33,080 bases of DNA, taken from a virus. Taxonomy: Duplodnaviria; Heunggongvirae; Uroviricota; Caudoviricetes. Made by a program: the position numbers and the translations under genes. Positions 19,104 through 29,120 of this stretch are shown one piece after another. The DNA lies in the IMG/VR virus record IMGVR_UViG_2896601577_000002. One strand, written 5' to 3'. Position 1 is the stretch's first letter, and each line of letters starts with the position of its first letter. The notes beneath the pieces are model-generated. The model saw only the letters and a program-made list of their open reading frames with translations. It was not told the origin of the DNA and made no database searches.

Positions 19104-20153
19104 ATGCTTAATACTGTAAAAATATCCAGTTGTGAGTTAATCAACGCCGACTGCCTGGAATTTATCCGGTCGTTACCCGAAAATTCTGTTGACCTGATAG
19201 TCACGGACCCGCCGTACTTTAAAGTGAAGCCTGAGGGCTGGGATAACCAGTGGAAGGGCGACGATGATTACCTGAAGTGGCTGGAGCAGTGTCTGGCGCA
19301 GTTCTGGCGGGTGCTGAAACCTGCCGGAAGTCTTTACCTGTTCTGTGGTCATCGCCTGGCATCTGATATCGAAATCATGATGCGTGAACGCTTCAGTGTG
19401 CTGAACCATATTATCTGAGCGAAGCCGTCCGGACGCTGGAACGGATGCAACAAGGAAAGCCTGCGGGCGTATTTCCCCGCCACAGAGCGCATTCTGTTCG
19501 CGGAACATTATCAGGGGCCGTACCGCCCGAAAGATGATGGCTATGAGGCGAAGGGCAGGGTACTGAAACAGAATGTGATGGCCCCGCTGATTGCTTACTT
19601 TCGTGATGCGCGAGCTGCCCTGGGGATAACGGCAAAACAGATTGCAGATGCCACAGGAAAGAAAAACATGGTGTCGCACTGGTTCAGTGCCAGTCAGTGG
19701 CAGCTACCGAACGAAAGCGATTATCTGAAATTACAGTCGCTGTTTGCCCGGGTGGCAGAAGAGAAACATCAGCGGAGAGAACTGGAAAAGTCCCATTACC
19801 AACTGGTCAGCACATACAGTGAGCTGAGCCGGCAGTATATGGAACTGCTGAGTGAATATAAAAATTTGCGGAGGTATTTCGGTGTGACGGTGCAGGTGCC
19901 GTACACCGATGTGTGGACGTATAAACCGGTGCAGTACTATCCAGGGAAACATCCGTGCGAAAAACCGGCAGAAATGTTGCAGCAGATAATCAACGCGAGC
20001 AGTCGTCCGGGAGACCAGGTTGCAGATTTTTTTATGGGCTCAGGTTCAACGGTAAAAGCGGCACTGGCGCTCGGGCGTCGTGCGATTGGCGTTGAACTGG
20101 AGACCGGACGTTTTGAGCAGACAGTCAGGGAAGTTCAGGATTTAATCGTTTGA
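19104..20153 (+). pseudogene. DNA N6-adenine (DPPY-type) methyltransferase with in-frame TGA at 19416-19418
   Basis: Motif IV DPPY near the N-terminus, motif I FFMGSGST near the C-terminus; both halves in the same frame, separated by a single TGA. Confidence 0.75.
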
Positions 20154-20202
20154 AACGGATGAGATTGCAGAATTAATTACGCACCATTATTATTCTGCTC
20201 CC

Positions 20203-20278
20203 GGCCCTTTAGCTCAGTGGTGAGAGCGAGCGACTCATAATCGCCAGGTCGCTGGTTCAAATCCAGCAAGGGCCACCA
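20203..20278 (+). tRNA. tRNA with CAT anticodon, most similar to tRNA-Ile2 (ileX/ileZ-like)
   Basis: Canonical cloverleaf; acceptor GGCCCTT/AAGGGCC; anticodon loop CTCATAA; T-loop TTCAAAT; encoded CCA. Confidence 0.8.
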
Positions 20279-20285
20279 TCACATA

Positions 20286-20358
20286 CCGCCATTAGCTCAT
20301 CAGGAAAGAGCGCCAGCCTTCGAAGCTGGTTGCGCGGAGTTCGGGTCCCGAAGGCGGT
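20286..20358 (+). tRNA. tRNA-Arg(TCG)-like, atypical (possible pseudo-tRNA)
   Basis: D-arm and anticodon arm are canonical (loop CTTCGAA) but the T-stem 3' strand is one nt short, position 58 is G, there is an acceptor mismatch and no encoded CCA. Confidence 0.45.
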
Positions 20359-20374
20359 TCATTATCTGTATCCT

Positions 20375-20451
20375 GCGTTGTTAGCTCAGCCGGACAGAGC
20401 AATTGCCTTCTAAGCAATCGGTCACTGGTTCGAATACAGTAGAACGCGCCA
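20375..20451 (+). tRNA. tRNA-Arg(TCT)
   Basis: Cloverleaf with anticodon loop CTTCTAA; T-loop TTCGAAT; CCA encoded; one mismatch each in acceptor and T stems. Confidence 0.7.
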
Positions 20452-20466
20452 CACTTATTTTCCCTG

Positions 20467-20490
20467 GCTCGCTTTTGCGGGCTTTTTTTT
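20467..20490 (+). terminator. intrinsic terminator after the tRNA cluster
   Basis: GCTCGC-TTTT-GCGGGC followed by T8. Confidence 0.55.
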
Positions 20491-20686
20491 AAATGTCTCA
20501 CAATTCAGGCGGTTGACTGTTGTCTGGTTTGCGGGGAGTTTGTTAAAAGAAACTGGCATGGTGAATCCCCCTGTGCGGAGGGGCAATCAGCGAGTAGGTA
20601 TATGGGATAATCGCAGATTCAGGTGCTGGTACTGAATTCACCGGGAGGCACCCGGCACCATGCAATGGCACATAGCGCCACTCTCC

Positions 20687-20722
20687 AGCCCCTCTCCGGA
20701 GGGGCTGTTTATATTGATTTTG
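20687..20722 (+). terminator. GC-rich palindromic hairpin with T-rich tail
   Basis: AGCCCCTC-TCCG-GAGGGGCT followed by GTTTATATTGATTTTG. Confidence 0.45.
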
Positions 20723-20741
20723 TCAGATGTGAGTAAACTCC

Positions 20742-21077
20742 TTATGGACTTTGTTGTTTTAGCCCATAAGGACATATTTGCAGAGTGCAACGGTTATTAA
20801 AGCATTCATTCAATACGTTATCTGTATTTGTAGGGCATTCCTGGCTGTTTTTGATTAAATTCCAGAATGTTTTATTGAATGGTACTACGTTGTAAATGGT
20901 TACAGGTAGCACTTTGTTATTGAGCATGATGCCTGTGTGAGTCAGTGTAAATATACTTTCAGGAGGTAAGAAAGCATCCGATTGATACCAGATTATTAAT
21001 TTTATTTTACTCCATATGACTGAAAAAGATATTCCGCATGATGGCTGGATAACTGTATCAATCACAATCCACTTCAT
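20742..21077 (-). CDS. hypothetical AT-rich moron protein (111 aa, Cys-rich C-terminus) at the position stx occupies in Stx phages
   Basis: Minus-strand ORF with AGGA upstream of the ATG at 21077; local GC content far below flanks. Confidence 0.4.
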   Translation of the reverse strand: MKWIVIDTVIQPSCGISFSVIWSKIKLIIWYQSDAFLPPESIFTLTHTGIMLNNKVLPVTIYNVVPFNKTFWNLIKNSQECPTNTDNVLNECFNNRCTLQICPYGLKQQSP

Positions 21078-22391
21078 TTGGTTTCCTTGTTTATGCATTG
21101 CTGGTGATGTTCTGAAAAGTATAAATGATATTTTTGAATGTAAACCATAGAGCAGAATTATTTTTCTGATGTTGTTTATTGTTTATTTAAATGCAGGGTG
21201 GTTTATATCTCGTCTTGTAGTTTATCCATGCATATCTGCTTGATGATGAGGTTTTTATTTAAGGTATGGTTTTGTGTTTTTTCTGTATTACATGTCAGGT
21301 ATTTTAAAGAATCATTTTTCAGATGGTGGAAAGAACCATGGCATTTAAACACTATGATGTTGTCAGGGCGGCGTCGCCGTCAGATCTTGCGGAAAAGCTG
21401 ACACATAAACTGAAAGAGGGCTGGCAGCCGTTTGGTAGTCCGGTGGCCATAACCCCTTATACTCTGATGCAGGCGATTGCAGCAGAAGGTGCAGTAATCA
21501 GCGCCACCAGCAACCCGGAGTATTACTTTGTTGTGGTTCTGGCAGGGCAGTCAAACGGCATGTCGTATGGTGAAGGCCTTCCGCTGCCGGGGACATATGA
21601 CCGTCCGGACCCGCGTATTAAGCAACTGGCGCGTCGCAGTACGGTGACACCGGGCGGTGCAGCATGCAAATATAACGACATCATTCCGGCGGACCATTGT
21701 CTGCATGATGTGCAGGACATGAGCCGTCTTAACCATCCGAAAGCGGACCTGTCAAAGGGGCAGTACGGAACCGTGGGGCAGGGGCTGCATATCGCCAAAA
21801 AACTGCTGCCGTTTATACCGGCGAATGCGGGCATTCTGCTGGTTCCGTGCTGTCGTGGTGGTTCAGCGTTCACCACCGGAGCTGATGGCACATACAGTGA
21901 CGCGAGTGGTGCCTCGGAGAATTCAACCCGCTGGGGTGTGGACAAGCCGCTGTATAAGGACCTTATCGGTCGAACAAAAGCGGCACTGGAGAAGAACCCG
22001 AAAAATGTGCTGTTTGCCGTGGTGTGGATGCAGGGGGAATTTGATTTTGGCGGTACGCCGGCAAATCATGCCGCACAGTTTGGTGCGCTGGTTGATAAAT
22101 TCCGTGCAGACCTGGCGGATATGGCAGGCCAGTGCGTCGGTGGCTCTGCTGGCGGTGTTCCCTGGATATGCGGGGACACGACGTATTTCTGGAAGCAGAA
22201 GAACGAATCCACGTACCAGACGGTGTACGGCAGCTATAAAAATAAAACGGAAAAGAATATCCATTTCGTACCGTTCATGACCGATGAGAACGGGGTGAAT
22301 GTGCCGACGAACAAACCGGAAGAAGACCCGGACATTCTGAACCGCCCCGGGAATCCTGGAGACTAAACTTCCTGAGAAAGAGGTAAACAGG

Positions 22392-22718
22392 ATGACTAAA
22401 AATACTCGTTTTTCCCCCGAAGTCCGTCAACGGGCAGTCCGTATGGTTCTGGAAAGTCAGGGCGAATATGACTCACAATGGGCGACAATTTGTTCCATTG
22501 CTCCAAAGATTGGCTGTACGCCGGAGACTCTGCGTGTCTGGGTTCGCCAGCATGAGCGGGATACCGGGGGCGGTGATGGAGGGCTCACCACCGCTGAACG
22601 TCAGCGTCTGAAAGAGCTGGAGCGTGAAAATCGTGAACTGCGCCGCAGTAACGATATCCTTCGCCAGGCTTCCGCTTATTTTGCGAAGGCGGAGTTCGAC
22701 CGCCTCTGGAAAAAGTGA
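22392..22718 (+). CDS. IS629 OrfA
   Basis: 108-aa product [19 protein letters not shown]... Confidence 0.9.
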   Translation: MTKNTRFSPEVRQRAVRMVLESQGEYDSQWATICSIAPKIGCTPETLRVWVRQHERDTGGGDGGLTTAERQRLKELERENRELRRSNDILRQASAYFAKAEFDRLWKK

Positions 22719-23605
22719 TGCCACTGCTGGATAAGCTGCGTAAGCTGTACGGGGTCGGACCGGTATGCAGTGAACTGCATATTGCCCCGTCAACGTATTA
22801 CCACTGTCAGCAACAGCGACATCATCCTGATAAACGCAGTGCCCGTGCGCAGCGCGATGACTGGCTGAAGAAAGAGATACTGCGCGTATACGATGGGAAT
22901 CATCAGGTATACGGTGTGCGTAAAGTCTGGCGTCAGTTGTTACGGGAAGGTATCAGAGTGGCCAGATGCACTGTGGCACGTCTCATGGCGGTTATGGGAC
23001 TTGCCGGTGTTCTCCGGGGTAAAAAGGTCCGTACGACCATCAGCCGGAAAGCCGTTGCCGCAGGCGACCGCGTAAACCGTCAGTTCGTGGCAGAACGACC
23101 TGACCAGCTGTGGGTAGCTGATTTTACTTACGTCAGCACATGGCAGGGCTTCGTCTATGTGGCGTTCATCATTGATGTGTTTGCCGGATACATTGTGGGG
23201 TGGCGGGTCTCATCGTCCATGGAGACGACATTCGTGCTGGATGCACTGGAGCAGGCGTTATGGGCCCGTCGACCGTCCGGCACGGTCCATCACAGTGATA
23301 AAGGTTCTCAGTATGTATCGCTGGCCTACACACAGCGGCTTAAGGAAGCCGGATTACTGGCATCAACAGGAAGTACAGGCGACTCGTATGACAACGCGAT
23401 GGCGGAGAGCATCAATGGTCTTTACAAAGCGGAGGTAATACACCGTAAGAGCTGGAAAAACCGTGCAGAAGTGGAACTGGCCACACTCACGTGGGTGGAC
23501 TGGTATAACAATCGACGATTGCTGGAAAGGCTGGGCCATACTCCTCCGGCAGAAGCAGAAAAAGCTTATTATGCTTCCATCGGAAACGATGATCTGGCAG
23601 CCTGA
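22715..23605 (+). CDS. IS629 OrfB transposase
   Basis: 296-aa IS3-family DDE transposase. Confidence 0.9.
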   Translation: MMPLLDKLRKLYGVGPVCSELHIAPSTYYHCQQQRHHPDKRSARAQRDDWLKKEILRVYDGNHQVYGVRKVWRQLLREGIRVARCTVARLMAVMGLAGVLRGKKVRTTISRKAVAAGDRVNRQFVAERPDQLWVADFTYVSTWQGFVYVAFIIDVFAGYIVGWRVSSSMETTFVLDALEQALWARRPSGTVHHSDKGSQYVSLAYTQRLKEAGLLASTGSTGDSYDNAMAESINGLYKAEVIHRKSWKNRAEVELATLTWVDWYNNRRLLERLGHTPPAEAEKAYYASIGNDDLAA

Positions 23606-24655
23606 GTTCACAGATAAAACACTCTCCAGGAAACCCGGGGCGGTTCAATTCCGGGTATCGGTTATTACGGTTCGAAATGGCGTGACAGCTCAGCCACCTG
23701 GACGTCACAGGACAGGGCGAGCCATTTCAGTTCATGGGCTCGCCGTGGGATTATTTCCGACCGTCTGGCAACGGCGATTCTGAGCTGCGCGGGTAAGTCT
23801 TCTGCGTTTGTTAATGGTACTGCCGGGGTGGTTGTTCCAGACAGGCCGGTTACCACCTCAGAGTCTGTAATTTTTTACGATGCCAAAAAAGCTACAGACA
23901 ATCAGCTGAAACCTTATGGCTGGGACGGTATGTATGGCAGACGCACACTGGTTGATGACAGCGGCAATAAAGCTCTGCGAATTGAGAAAAATAACAGCGC
24001 GAAATCCTGGTCAATGTACTGTGATATTGCTGCAGACAAGGCAAAACTTTTACTGGAAAAAGGCGGGGAAATTGCTGTCCGGTTTAAAATCCCCGAAAAC
24101 GTCAATCTTGAGACAACCAGAAACAAGTATGCCTTTGGTTTGTACTGGCGAATAGCGGAATGGCCGGGTGAGGGTGGTGAAGGCCATCTGAGTTCTTTCT
24201 TTGTCCAGACAGATAAAGCCAGTATTAATGTTGCATACCATCATACAGTTAATCAACAAAAAGAACTTGGCACGTTTGGCGCATTCGACCATGACTGGCA
24301 TACGCTTGCATTTAAATTTAAGGGCAGTAACAGCATTAATGTTACTCCGGTGCTTGATGGTGTGGATGGACAGGCGTTTGACCTGGTGAAATGGGCCAAT
24401 ACTGCTAATGGACTCAACAGGTTTGTCATTACGGATATTACAGGTAGTGCAGAAACCTACCCTGTACTTATTGATACGGTGGAAGTTAAAGCAAACAAAG
24501 CTGGAGCAGCCGCATAATTGCTAAAAAAAGCCGCCAGCGGCAGGAATGGAAGCTGGCGGAGGTAATCCCAATGGAGAATGTAAAGAAAAGATGCTTTCGT
24601 ACATTGGTTTTTAAATGAAAACAATTCTCATTGTCAACCATAACGGTAAGAAATT

Positions 24656-24838
24656 ATGACATTTATTCATCAGGTGATGCTGTACTTCTGTACGGCGGTC
24701 TGTGTGCTGTATCTTCTTTCGGGTGGGTACAGGGCTGTGCGCGATTTCTGGTGCAGGCAGATTGATAAAAGGGCCGCTGAGAAAATCAGCGCCAGTCAGT
24801 CAGCCGGAAGCAAACCCGAAGAACCCGTTACTCCTTAA
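24656..24838 (+). CDS. hypothetical small membrane protein (60 aa)
   Basis: ORF with hydrophobic N-terminus; weak SD. Confidence 0.3.
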   Translation: MTFIHQVMLYFCTAVCVLYLLSGGYRAVRDFWCRQIDKRAAEKISASQSAGSKPEEPVTP

Positions 24839-24863
24839 CAACCCCTTTCAGCGAGAAAATCCC

Positions 24864-25109
24864 ATGTCAGAAATCACATCCCTGGTCACTGCAGAGGCAG
24901 TGAAGGAAGTCCTGCGCTCTGAAGAAGTCCGGAGCGCACTGAAACAGAAACTTCGCCAGAATCTTGAGTCGCGTCTTGATGCAGAAGTGGATGCCATTCT
25001 GGATGAGCTGCTGGGCGTAGCAGCGGTTCCTGAGCCGGAAGGTATCGCGGGTGACGGGAGTGCTTCAGATGGCGGTGAACCTACACCTGACAGCGACATG
25101 ATGATGTAA
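24864..25109 (+). CDS. hypothetical acidic protein (81 aa) upstream of the holin
   Basis: [25 protein letters not shown]...; more protein-like than the antisense ORF. Confidence 0.45.
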   Translation: MSEITSLVTAEAVKEVLRSEEVRSALKQKLRQNLESRLDAEVDAILDELLGVAAVPEPEGIAGDGSASDGGEPTPDSDMMM

Positions 25110-25185
25110 GCATGCGCAAGGGACCATCGGTGTGTGCCGGTGGTCTTTATATTGTTGTGAGCTTCCGGATTGCGGGAGACGGGGT

Positions 25186-25401
25186 ATGTACCAGATGGAA
25201 AAAATCACAACAGGTGTGTCATACACCACGTCAGCGGTGGGAACGGGCTACTGGTTCCTGCAGTTGCTGGACAGGGTTTCCCCGTCTCAGTGGGCGGCAA
25301 TAGGCGTGCTGGGGAGTCTGTTGTTTGGGCTGCTGACATATCTGACTAACCTGTATTTCAAAATCAGAGAGGACCGTCGTAAGGCGGCGCGGGGAGAGTA
25401 A
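25186..25401 (+). CDS. S: class II holin (pinholin, S21-like), dual-start motif MYQM
   Basis: 71-aa product ...[68 protein letters not shown]. Confidence 0.85.
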   Translation: MYQMEKITTGVSYTTSAVGTGYWFLQLLDRVSPSQWAAIGVLGSLLFGLLTYLTNLYFKIREDRRKAARGE

Positions 25402-25405
25402 AGCG

Positions 25406-25750
25406 ATGAAGAAAAAATACGAACTGGTTGTTAAAGGGATAAATAATTACCCGAATAAGATTACTGTTACTGTGGCACTGGAAATTGGTGGGTATCCGTC
25501 ACTGTTGTTGCCAGATGTGGCGATTAGTCTTGACCGTACTGAAGATGCCACGCTGGAGTTTTACGAAGCTGAGGCGAAAAAGCAGGCGAAGCAGTTTTTC
25601 ATGGATGTTGCTGCCGGGTTATGTGAAGGGGATGGTCCGTTGCCGGAAAAGCGCCCCGTAATTTTAGAGGCGCAGGATGTGTTGATAACCTACAGAGGAA
25701 AACTACCGGGAATAATTACGGGTTCTCTGAAGACTCCACCGCTGGCCTGA
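25406..25750 (+). CDS. hypothetical protein (114 aa) between holin and endolysin
   Basis: ATG 4 nt after the S stop, with GGGGAGAG SD inside the 3' end of S; E. coli-like codon usage. Confidence 0.55.
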   Translation: MKKKYELVVKGINNYPNKITVTVALEIGGYPSLLLPDVAISLDRTEDATLEFYEAEAKKQAKQFFMDVAAGLCEGDGPLPEKRPVILEAQDVLITYRGKLPGIITGSLKTPPLA

Positions 25751-25800
25751 AGACTTAACATATCCAGGGATTTGAAATCGATAAACCCTGATAAATATCC

Positions 25801-26334
25801 ATGAACACCAAAATCAAATACGGCCTGTCGGCTGCCGTTCTGGCGCTGATTGCCGCAGGTGCGCCTGCGCCTGAAATCCTCGACCAGTTTCTGGATGAAA
25901 AGGAAGGTAACCACACCACGGCATACCGTGATGGCGCGGGTATCTGGACCATCTGCCGCGGTGCCATCCTGGTGGATAGTAAACCTGTCGTCCCGGGCAT
26001 GAAGTTGTCGAAGGAAAAATGCGACCAGGTCAACGCCATTGAGCGTTATAAGGCGCTGGCATGGGTGGAGCGCAATATTAAAGTGCCGCTGACCGAACCC
26101 CAGAAAGCGGGTATCGCGTCATTTTGTCCCTATAACATTGGCCCCGGTAAGTGTTTCCCGTCGACGTTTTACAGACGGATTAATGCTGGTGACCGCAGGG
26201 GAGCATGCGAAGCGATTCGCTGGTGGATTAAGGACGGTGGCAGAGACTGCCGTATCCGCTCAAATAATTGCTACGGTCAGGTATCCCGGCGAGACCAGGA
26301 AAGTGCGCTGGCGTGCTGGGACATCGACAGATAA
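25801..26334 (+). CDS. R: SAR endolysin (phage lysozyme R)
   Basis: N-terminal signal-anchor YGLSAAVLALIAAGA and lysozyme core; matches the Stx-phage R type. Confidence 0.9.
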   Translation: MNTKIKYGLSAAVLALIAAGAPAPEILDQFLDEKEGNHTTAYRDGAGIWTICRGAILVDSKPVVPGMKLSKEKCDQVNAIERYKALAWVERNIKVPLTEPQKAGIASFCPYNIGPGKCFPSTFYRRINAGDRRGACEAIRWWIKDGGRDCRIRSNNCYGQVSRRDQESALACWDIDR

Positions 26335-26428
26335 GCAGAATATTTTGCTGAAAAATAAGGCATGAGCACGCGGACGGATAACACGAAATCCTGCGAACTG
26401 GCGAAACGTAAGTGAATAAAAGTAAAAA

Positions 26429-26465
26429 CCCCGTTTGTTGGCACCAAGCGGGGTTTTGTGTTTCT
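26429..26465 (+). terminator. strong intrinsic terminator downstream of R
   Basis: 9-bp stem CCCCGTTTG/CAAGCGGGG, 7-nt loop, followed by TTTTGTGTTTC. Confidence 0.6.
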
Positions 26466-26490
26466 GACCTTGAGTAAGGCAAGGGAGAAC

Positions 26491-26673
26491 ATGGCGAAGT
26501 ATAAACGAATTCTGTTGAGGTTGACCATGAAAAACGGCCTTGAACTGAAAGCGCCTGTAACTGATGACATCAGCAGAGCACTGGCTTTTGCCATTAAGTG
26601 GGTGGCGGTCGGTGTTGCTGTGTCCCCGATGCTGTATGGGCTGGCAAAACTGGTCATTGCGTTGAAATCGTGA
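26491..26673 (+). CDS. hypothetical small protein (60 aa) with C-terminal hydrophobic helix
   Basis: ATG at 26491 with SD AGGGAGA. Confidence 0.4.
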   Translation: MAKYKRILLRLTMKNGLELKAPVTDDISRALAFAIKWVAVGVAVSPMLYGLAKLVIALKS

Positions 26674-26687
26674 AGGGAGGATTAAGC

Positions 26688-26819
26688 ATGTCAGACAAAC
26701 TCATAACGCTGGCGAAGATCCTCTGTGTAATTGTCGGCATTTCATTTTCACTAATGCTGGTTGCTCTTTTTCTTTCCATGGCCTGGATGATGTTGTCTTC
26801 GTCGGGGCTGCTGGGGTGA
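26688..26819 (+). CDS. hypothetical small membrane peptide (43 aa), translationally coupled to Rz
   Basis: Perfect SD AAGGGAGG 7 nt before the ATG; stop TGA overlaps the Rz GTG start (GTGA). Confidence 0.5.
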   Translation: MSDKLITLAKILCVIVGISFSLMLVALFLSMAWMMLSSSGLLG

Positions 26820-27289
26820 ACATAAACCGAATGCTTTCCGCGTTTACCGTTATTCTGCTGGTGGTCTGTGGTGCGCTGTGGCTGGCAACAGACCATTACC
26901 GTGATAACGCCATCACCTACAAAGCGCAGCGCGATAAAAAAGCCAGAGAGCTGGAGCTGGCAAACGCAACCATTACTGACATGCAGCAGCGCCAGCGTGA
27001 TGTTGCTGCGCTTGATGCCAGATACTCAAGGGAATTAGCCGATGCGAGAGCTGAAAATGAAACTCTGCGTGCTGATGTTGCCGCTGGTCGTAAGCGCCTG
27101 CGGATCAACGCCACCTGCTCCGGTACCGTGCGTGAAGCCACCGGCACCTCCGGAATGGATAATGCAACCGGCCCCCGACTGGCAGACACCGCTGAACGGG
27201 ATTATTTCACCCTCAGAGAGCGGTTGATGACAATGCAGAAGCAACTGGAAGGGGCGCAGGAATATATCCGCACTCAGTGTATTAACTAG
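26816..27289 (+). CDS. Rz: i-spanin Rz
   Basis: Matches lambda Rz ([30 protein letters not shown]...[22 protein letters not shown]). Confidence 0.85.
   Translation: MNINRMLSAFTVILLVVCGALWLATDHYRDNAITYKAQRDKKARELELANATITDMQQRQRDVAALDARYSRELADARAENETLRADVAAGRKRLRINATCSGTVREATGTSGMDNATGPRLADTAERDYFTLRERLMTMQKQLEGAQEYIRTQCIN
27042..27227 (+). CDS. Rz1: o-spanin Rz1 lipoprotein, embedded in Rz in the +1 frame
   Basis: [17 protein letters not shown] lipobox and Pro-rich region, as in lambda Rz1. Confidence 0.8.
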   Translation: MRELKMKLCVLMLPLVVSACGSTPPAPVPCVKPPAPPEWIMQPAPDWQTPLNGIISPSESG

Positions 27290-27312
27290 TATTTTTGTTA
27301 TCCGGAGAATGC

Positions 27313-27537
27313 ATGAAGAAATTACTGGTAACCGTAAAGCCTTTTCAGGGAACAATTCCGTTCCGTATTTTGCAGCGTGGTCGTGTTCTTGTTGAAGGTT
27401 CGTTCAGTGGTAAATGTACGCAATTACACTCCCGGACCTTTCAGGTGAATGCCACGAATGAAGAGCTAACCGTTGAGTGTACGATGAATGCCGCTAAATG
27501 CCGCATGGTATCCGCTGCATTACAGCCAGTGTGTTGA
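27313..27537 (+). CDS. hypothetical protein (74 aa) downstream of Rz
   Basis: ORF with SD GGAGA. Confidence 0.35.
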   Translation: MKKLLVTVKPFQGTIPFRILQRGRVLVEGSFSGKCTQLHSRTFQVNATNEELTVECTMNAAKCRMVSAALQPVC

Positions 27538-27906
27538 GCGACCTTATTAACCATGCGCGGTATTGTCGCCGTATCCCCGCATTAACAGAGACCGCAGCCC
27601 GACCGGGAGACTCCTCTGCGCGAGTGTGCGGGGATAATCAAAAACGATACACACCGGGGTTTACCGCGTTAACGGAGCGCGGCGTTGTCCCCTCATGGTC
27701 GCTGGTCCGGTGCGATGGTGGAAGAAACCGGACGATGTGTTACCTCGCAAGCTCTGTTATGTCATGTGTCTGATTTGTGATTTAAGTCGGATAATTGTCG
27801 TTGCCATTAAGCAGAGGATTGATGACCGACAGGGTGGCATTGTTAGAATAAGTGAACCGCCCCGGGAATCCTGGAGACTAAACTTCCTGAGAAAGAGGTA
27901 AACAGG

Positions 27907-28233
27907 ATGACTAAAAATACTCGTTTTTCCCCCGAAGTCCGTCAACGGGCAGTCCGTATGGTTCTGGAAAGTCAGGGCGAATATGACTCACAATGGGCGA
28001 CAATTTGTTCCATTGCTCCAAAGATTGGCTGTACGCCGGAGACTCTGCGTGTCTGGGTTCGCCAGCATGAGCGGGATACCGGGGGCGGTGATGGAGGGCT
28101 CACCACCGCTGAACGTCAGCGTCTGAAAGAGCTGGAGCGTGAAAATCGTGAACTGCGCCGCAGTAACGATATCCTTCGCCAGGCTTCCGCTTATTTTGCG
28201 AAGGCGGAGTTCGACCGCCTCTGGAAAAAGTGA
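27907..28233 (+). CDS. IS629 OrfA
   Basis: Identical product to copy 1. Confidence 0.9.
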   Translation: MTKNTRFSPEVRQRAVRMVLESQGEYDSQWATICSIAPKIGCTPETLRVWVRQHERDTGGGDGGLTTAERQRLKELERENRELRRSNDILRQASAYFAKAEFDRLWKK

Positions 28234-29120
28234 TGCCACTGCTGGATAAGCTGCGTAAGCTGTACGGGGTCGGACCGGTATGCAGTGAACTGCATATTGC
28301 CCCGTCAACGTATTACCACTGTCAGCAACAGCGACATCATCCTGATAAACGCAGTGCCCGTGCGCAGCGCGATGACTGGCTGAAGAAAGAGATACTGCGC
28401 GTATACGATGGGAATCATCAGGTATACGGTGTGCGTAAAGTCTGGCGTCAGTTGTTACGGGAAGGTATCAGAGTGGCCAGATGCACTGTGGCACGTCTCA
28501 TGGCGGTTATGGGACTTGCCGGTGTTCTCCGGGGTAAAAAGGTCCGTACGACCATCAGCCGGAAAGCCGTTGCCGCAGGCGACCGCGTAAACCGTCAGTT
28601 CGTGGCAGAACGACCTGACCAGCTGTGGGTGGCTGATTTTACTTACGTCAGCACATGGCAGGGCTTCGTCTATGTGGCGTTCATCATTGATGTGTTTGCC
28701 GGATACATCGTGGGGTGGCGGGTCTCATCGTCCATGGAAACGACATTCGTGCTGGATGCTCTGGAGCAGGCGTTATGGGCCCGTCGACCGTCCGGCACGG
28801 TCCATCACAGTGATAAAGGTTCTCAGTATGTATCGCTGGCCTACACACAGCGGCTTAAGGAAGCCGGATTACTGGCATCAACAGGAAGTACAGGCGACTC
28901 GTATGACAACGCGATGGCGGAGAGCATCAATGGTCTTTACAAAGCGGAGGTAATACACCGTAAGAGCTGGAAAAACCGTGCAGAAGTGGAACTGGCCACA
29001 CTCACGTGGGTGGACTGGTATAACAATCGACGATTGCTGGAAAGGCTGGGCCATACTCCTCCGGCAGAAGCAGAAAAAGCTTATTATGCTTCCATCGGAA
29101 ACGATGATCTGGCAGCCTGA
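28230..29120 (+). CDS. IS629 OrfB transposase
   Basis: Identical product to copy 1. Confidence 0.9.
   Translation: MMPLLDKLRKLYGVGPVCSELHIAPSTYYHCQQQRHHPDKRSARAQRDDWLKKEILRVYDGNHQVYGVRKVWRQLLREGIRVARCTVARLMAVMGLAGVLRGKKVRTTISRKAVAAGDRVNRQFVAERPDQLWVADFTYVSTWQGFVYVAFIIDVFAGYIVGWRVSSSMETTFVLDALEQALWARRPSGTVHHSDKGSQYVSLAYTQRLKEAGLLASTGSTGDSYDNAMAESINGLYKAEVIHRKSWKNRAEVELATLTWVDWYNNRRLLERLGHTPPAEAEKAYYASIGNDDLAA

Larger units (their letters stand above)
22338..23647 (+). mobile_element. IS629 (IS3 family) copy 1, 1310 bp
   Basis: Ends TGAACCGCCCCGGGAATCCTGGAGACTAAAC and ...AAACCCGGGGCGGTTCA; orfA/orfB as in IS629. Confidence 0.9.
21338..24517 (+). pseudogene. nanS-p: prophage sialate O-acetylesterase NanS-p, interrupted by IS629 (fragments 21338-22337 and 23648-24517)
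   Basis: N-terminal part with GQSNG esterase motif; frame continues exactly across the IS629 insertion with TSD ATTC. Confidence 0.75.

Noticed and set aside
21098-21098. Upstream ATG (MHKQGNQ...) as the start of the AT-rich moron ORF
   Set aside because: The downstream ATG at 21077 has the better Shine-Dalgarno (AGGA); the longer start is left as an alternative
20493-21337. Search for stxA/stxB at the canonical position between the tRNAs and nanS-p
   Set aside because: No ORF of suitable size or composition on the plus strand; only hairpins and an unrelated minus-strand ORF, so no Shiga toxin genes are present in this window
24848-25099. 83-aa minus-strand ORF antisense to the acidic 81-aa ORF
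   Set aside because: Ser/Ala/Arg-rich composition typical of antisense frames; the plus-strand ORF fits the late-operon orientation
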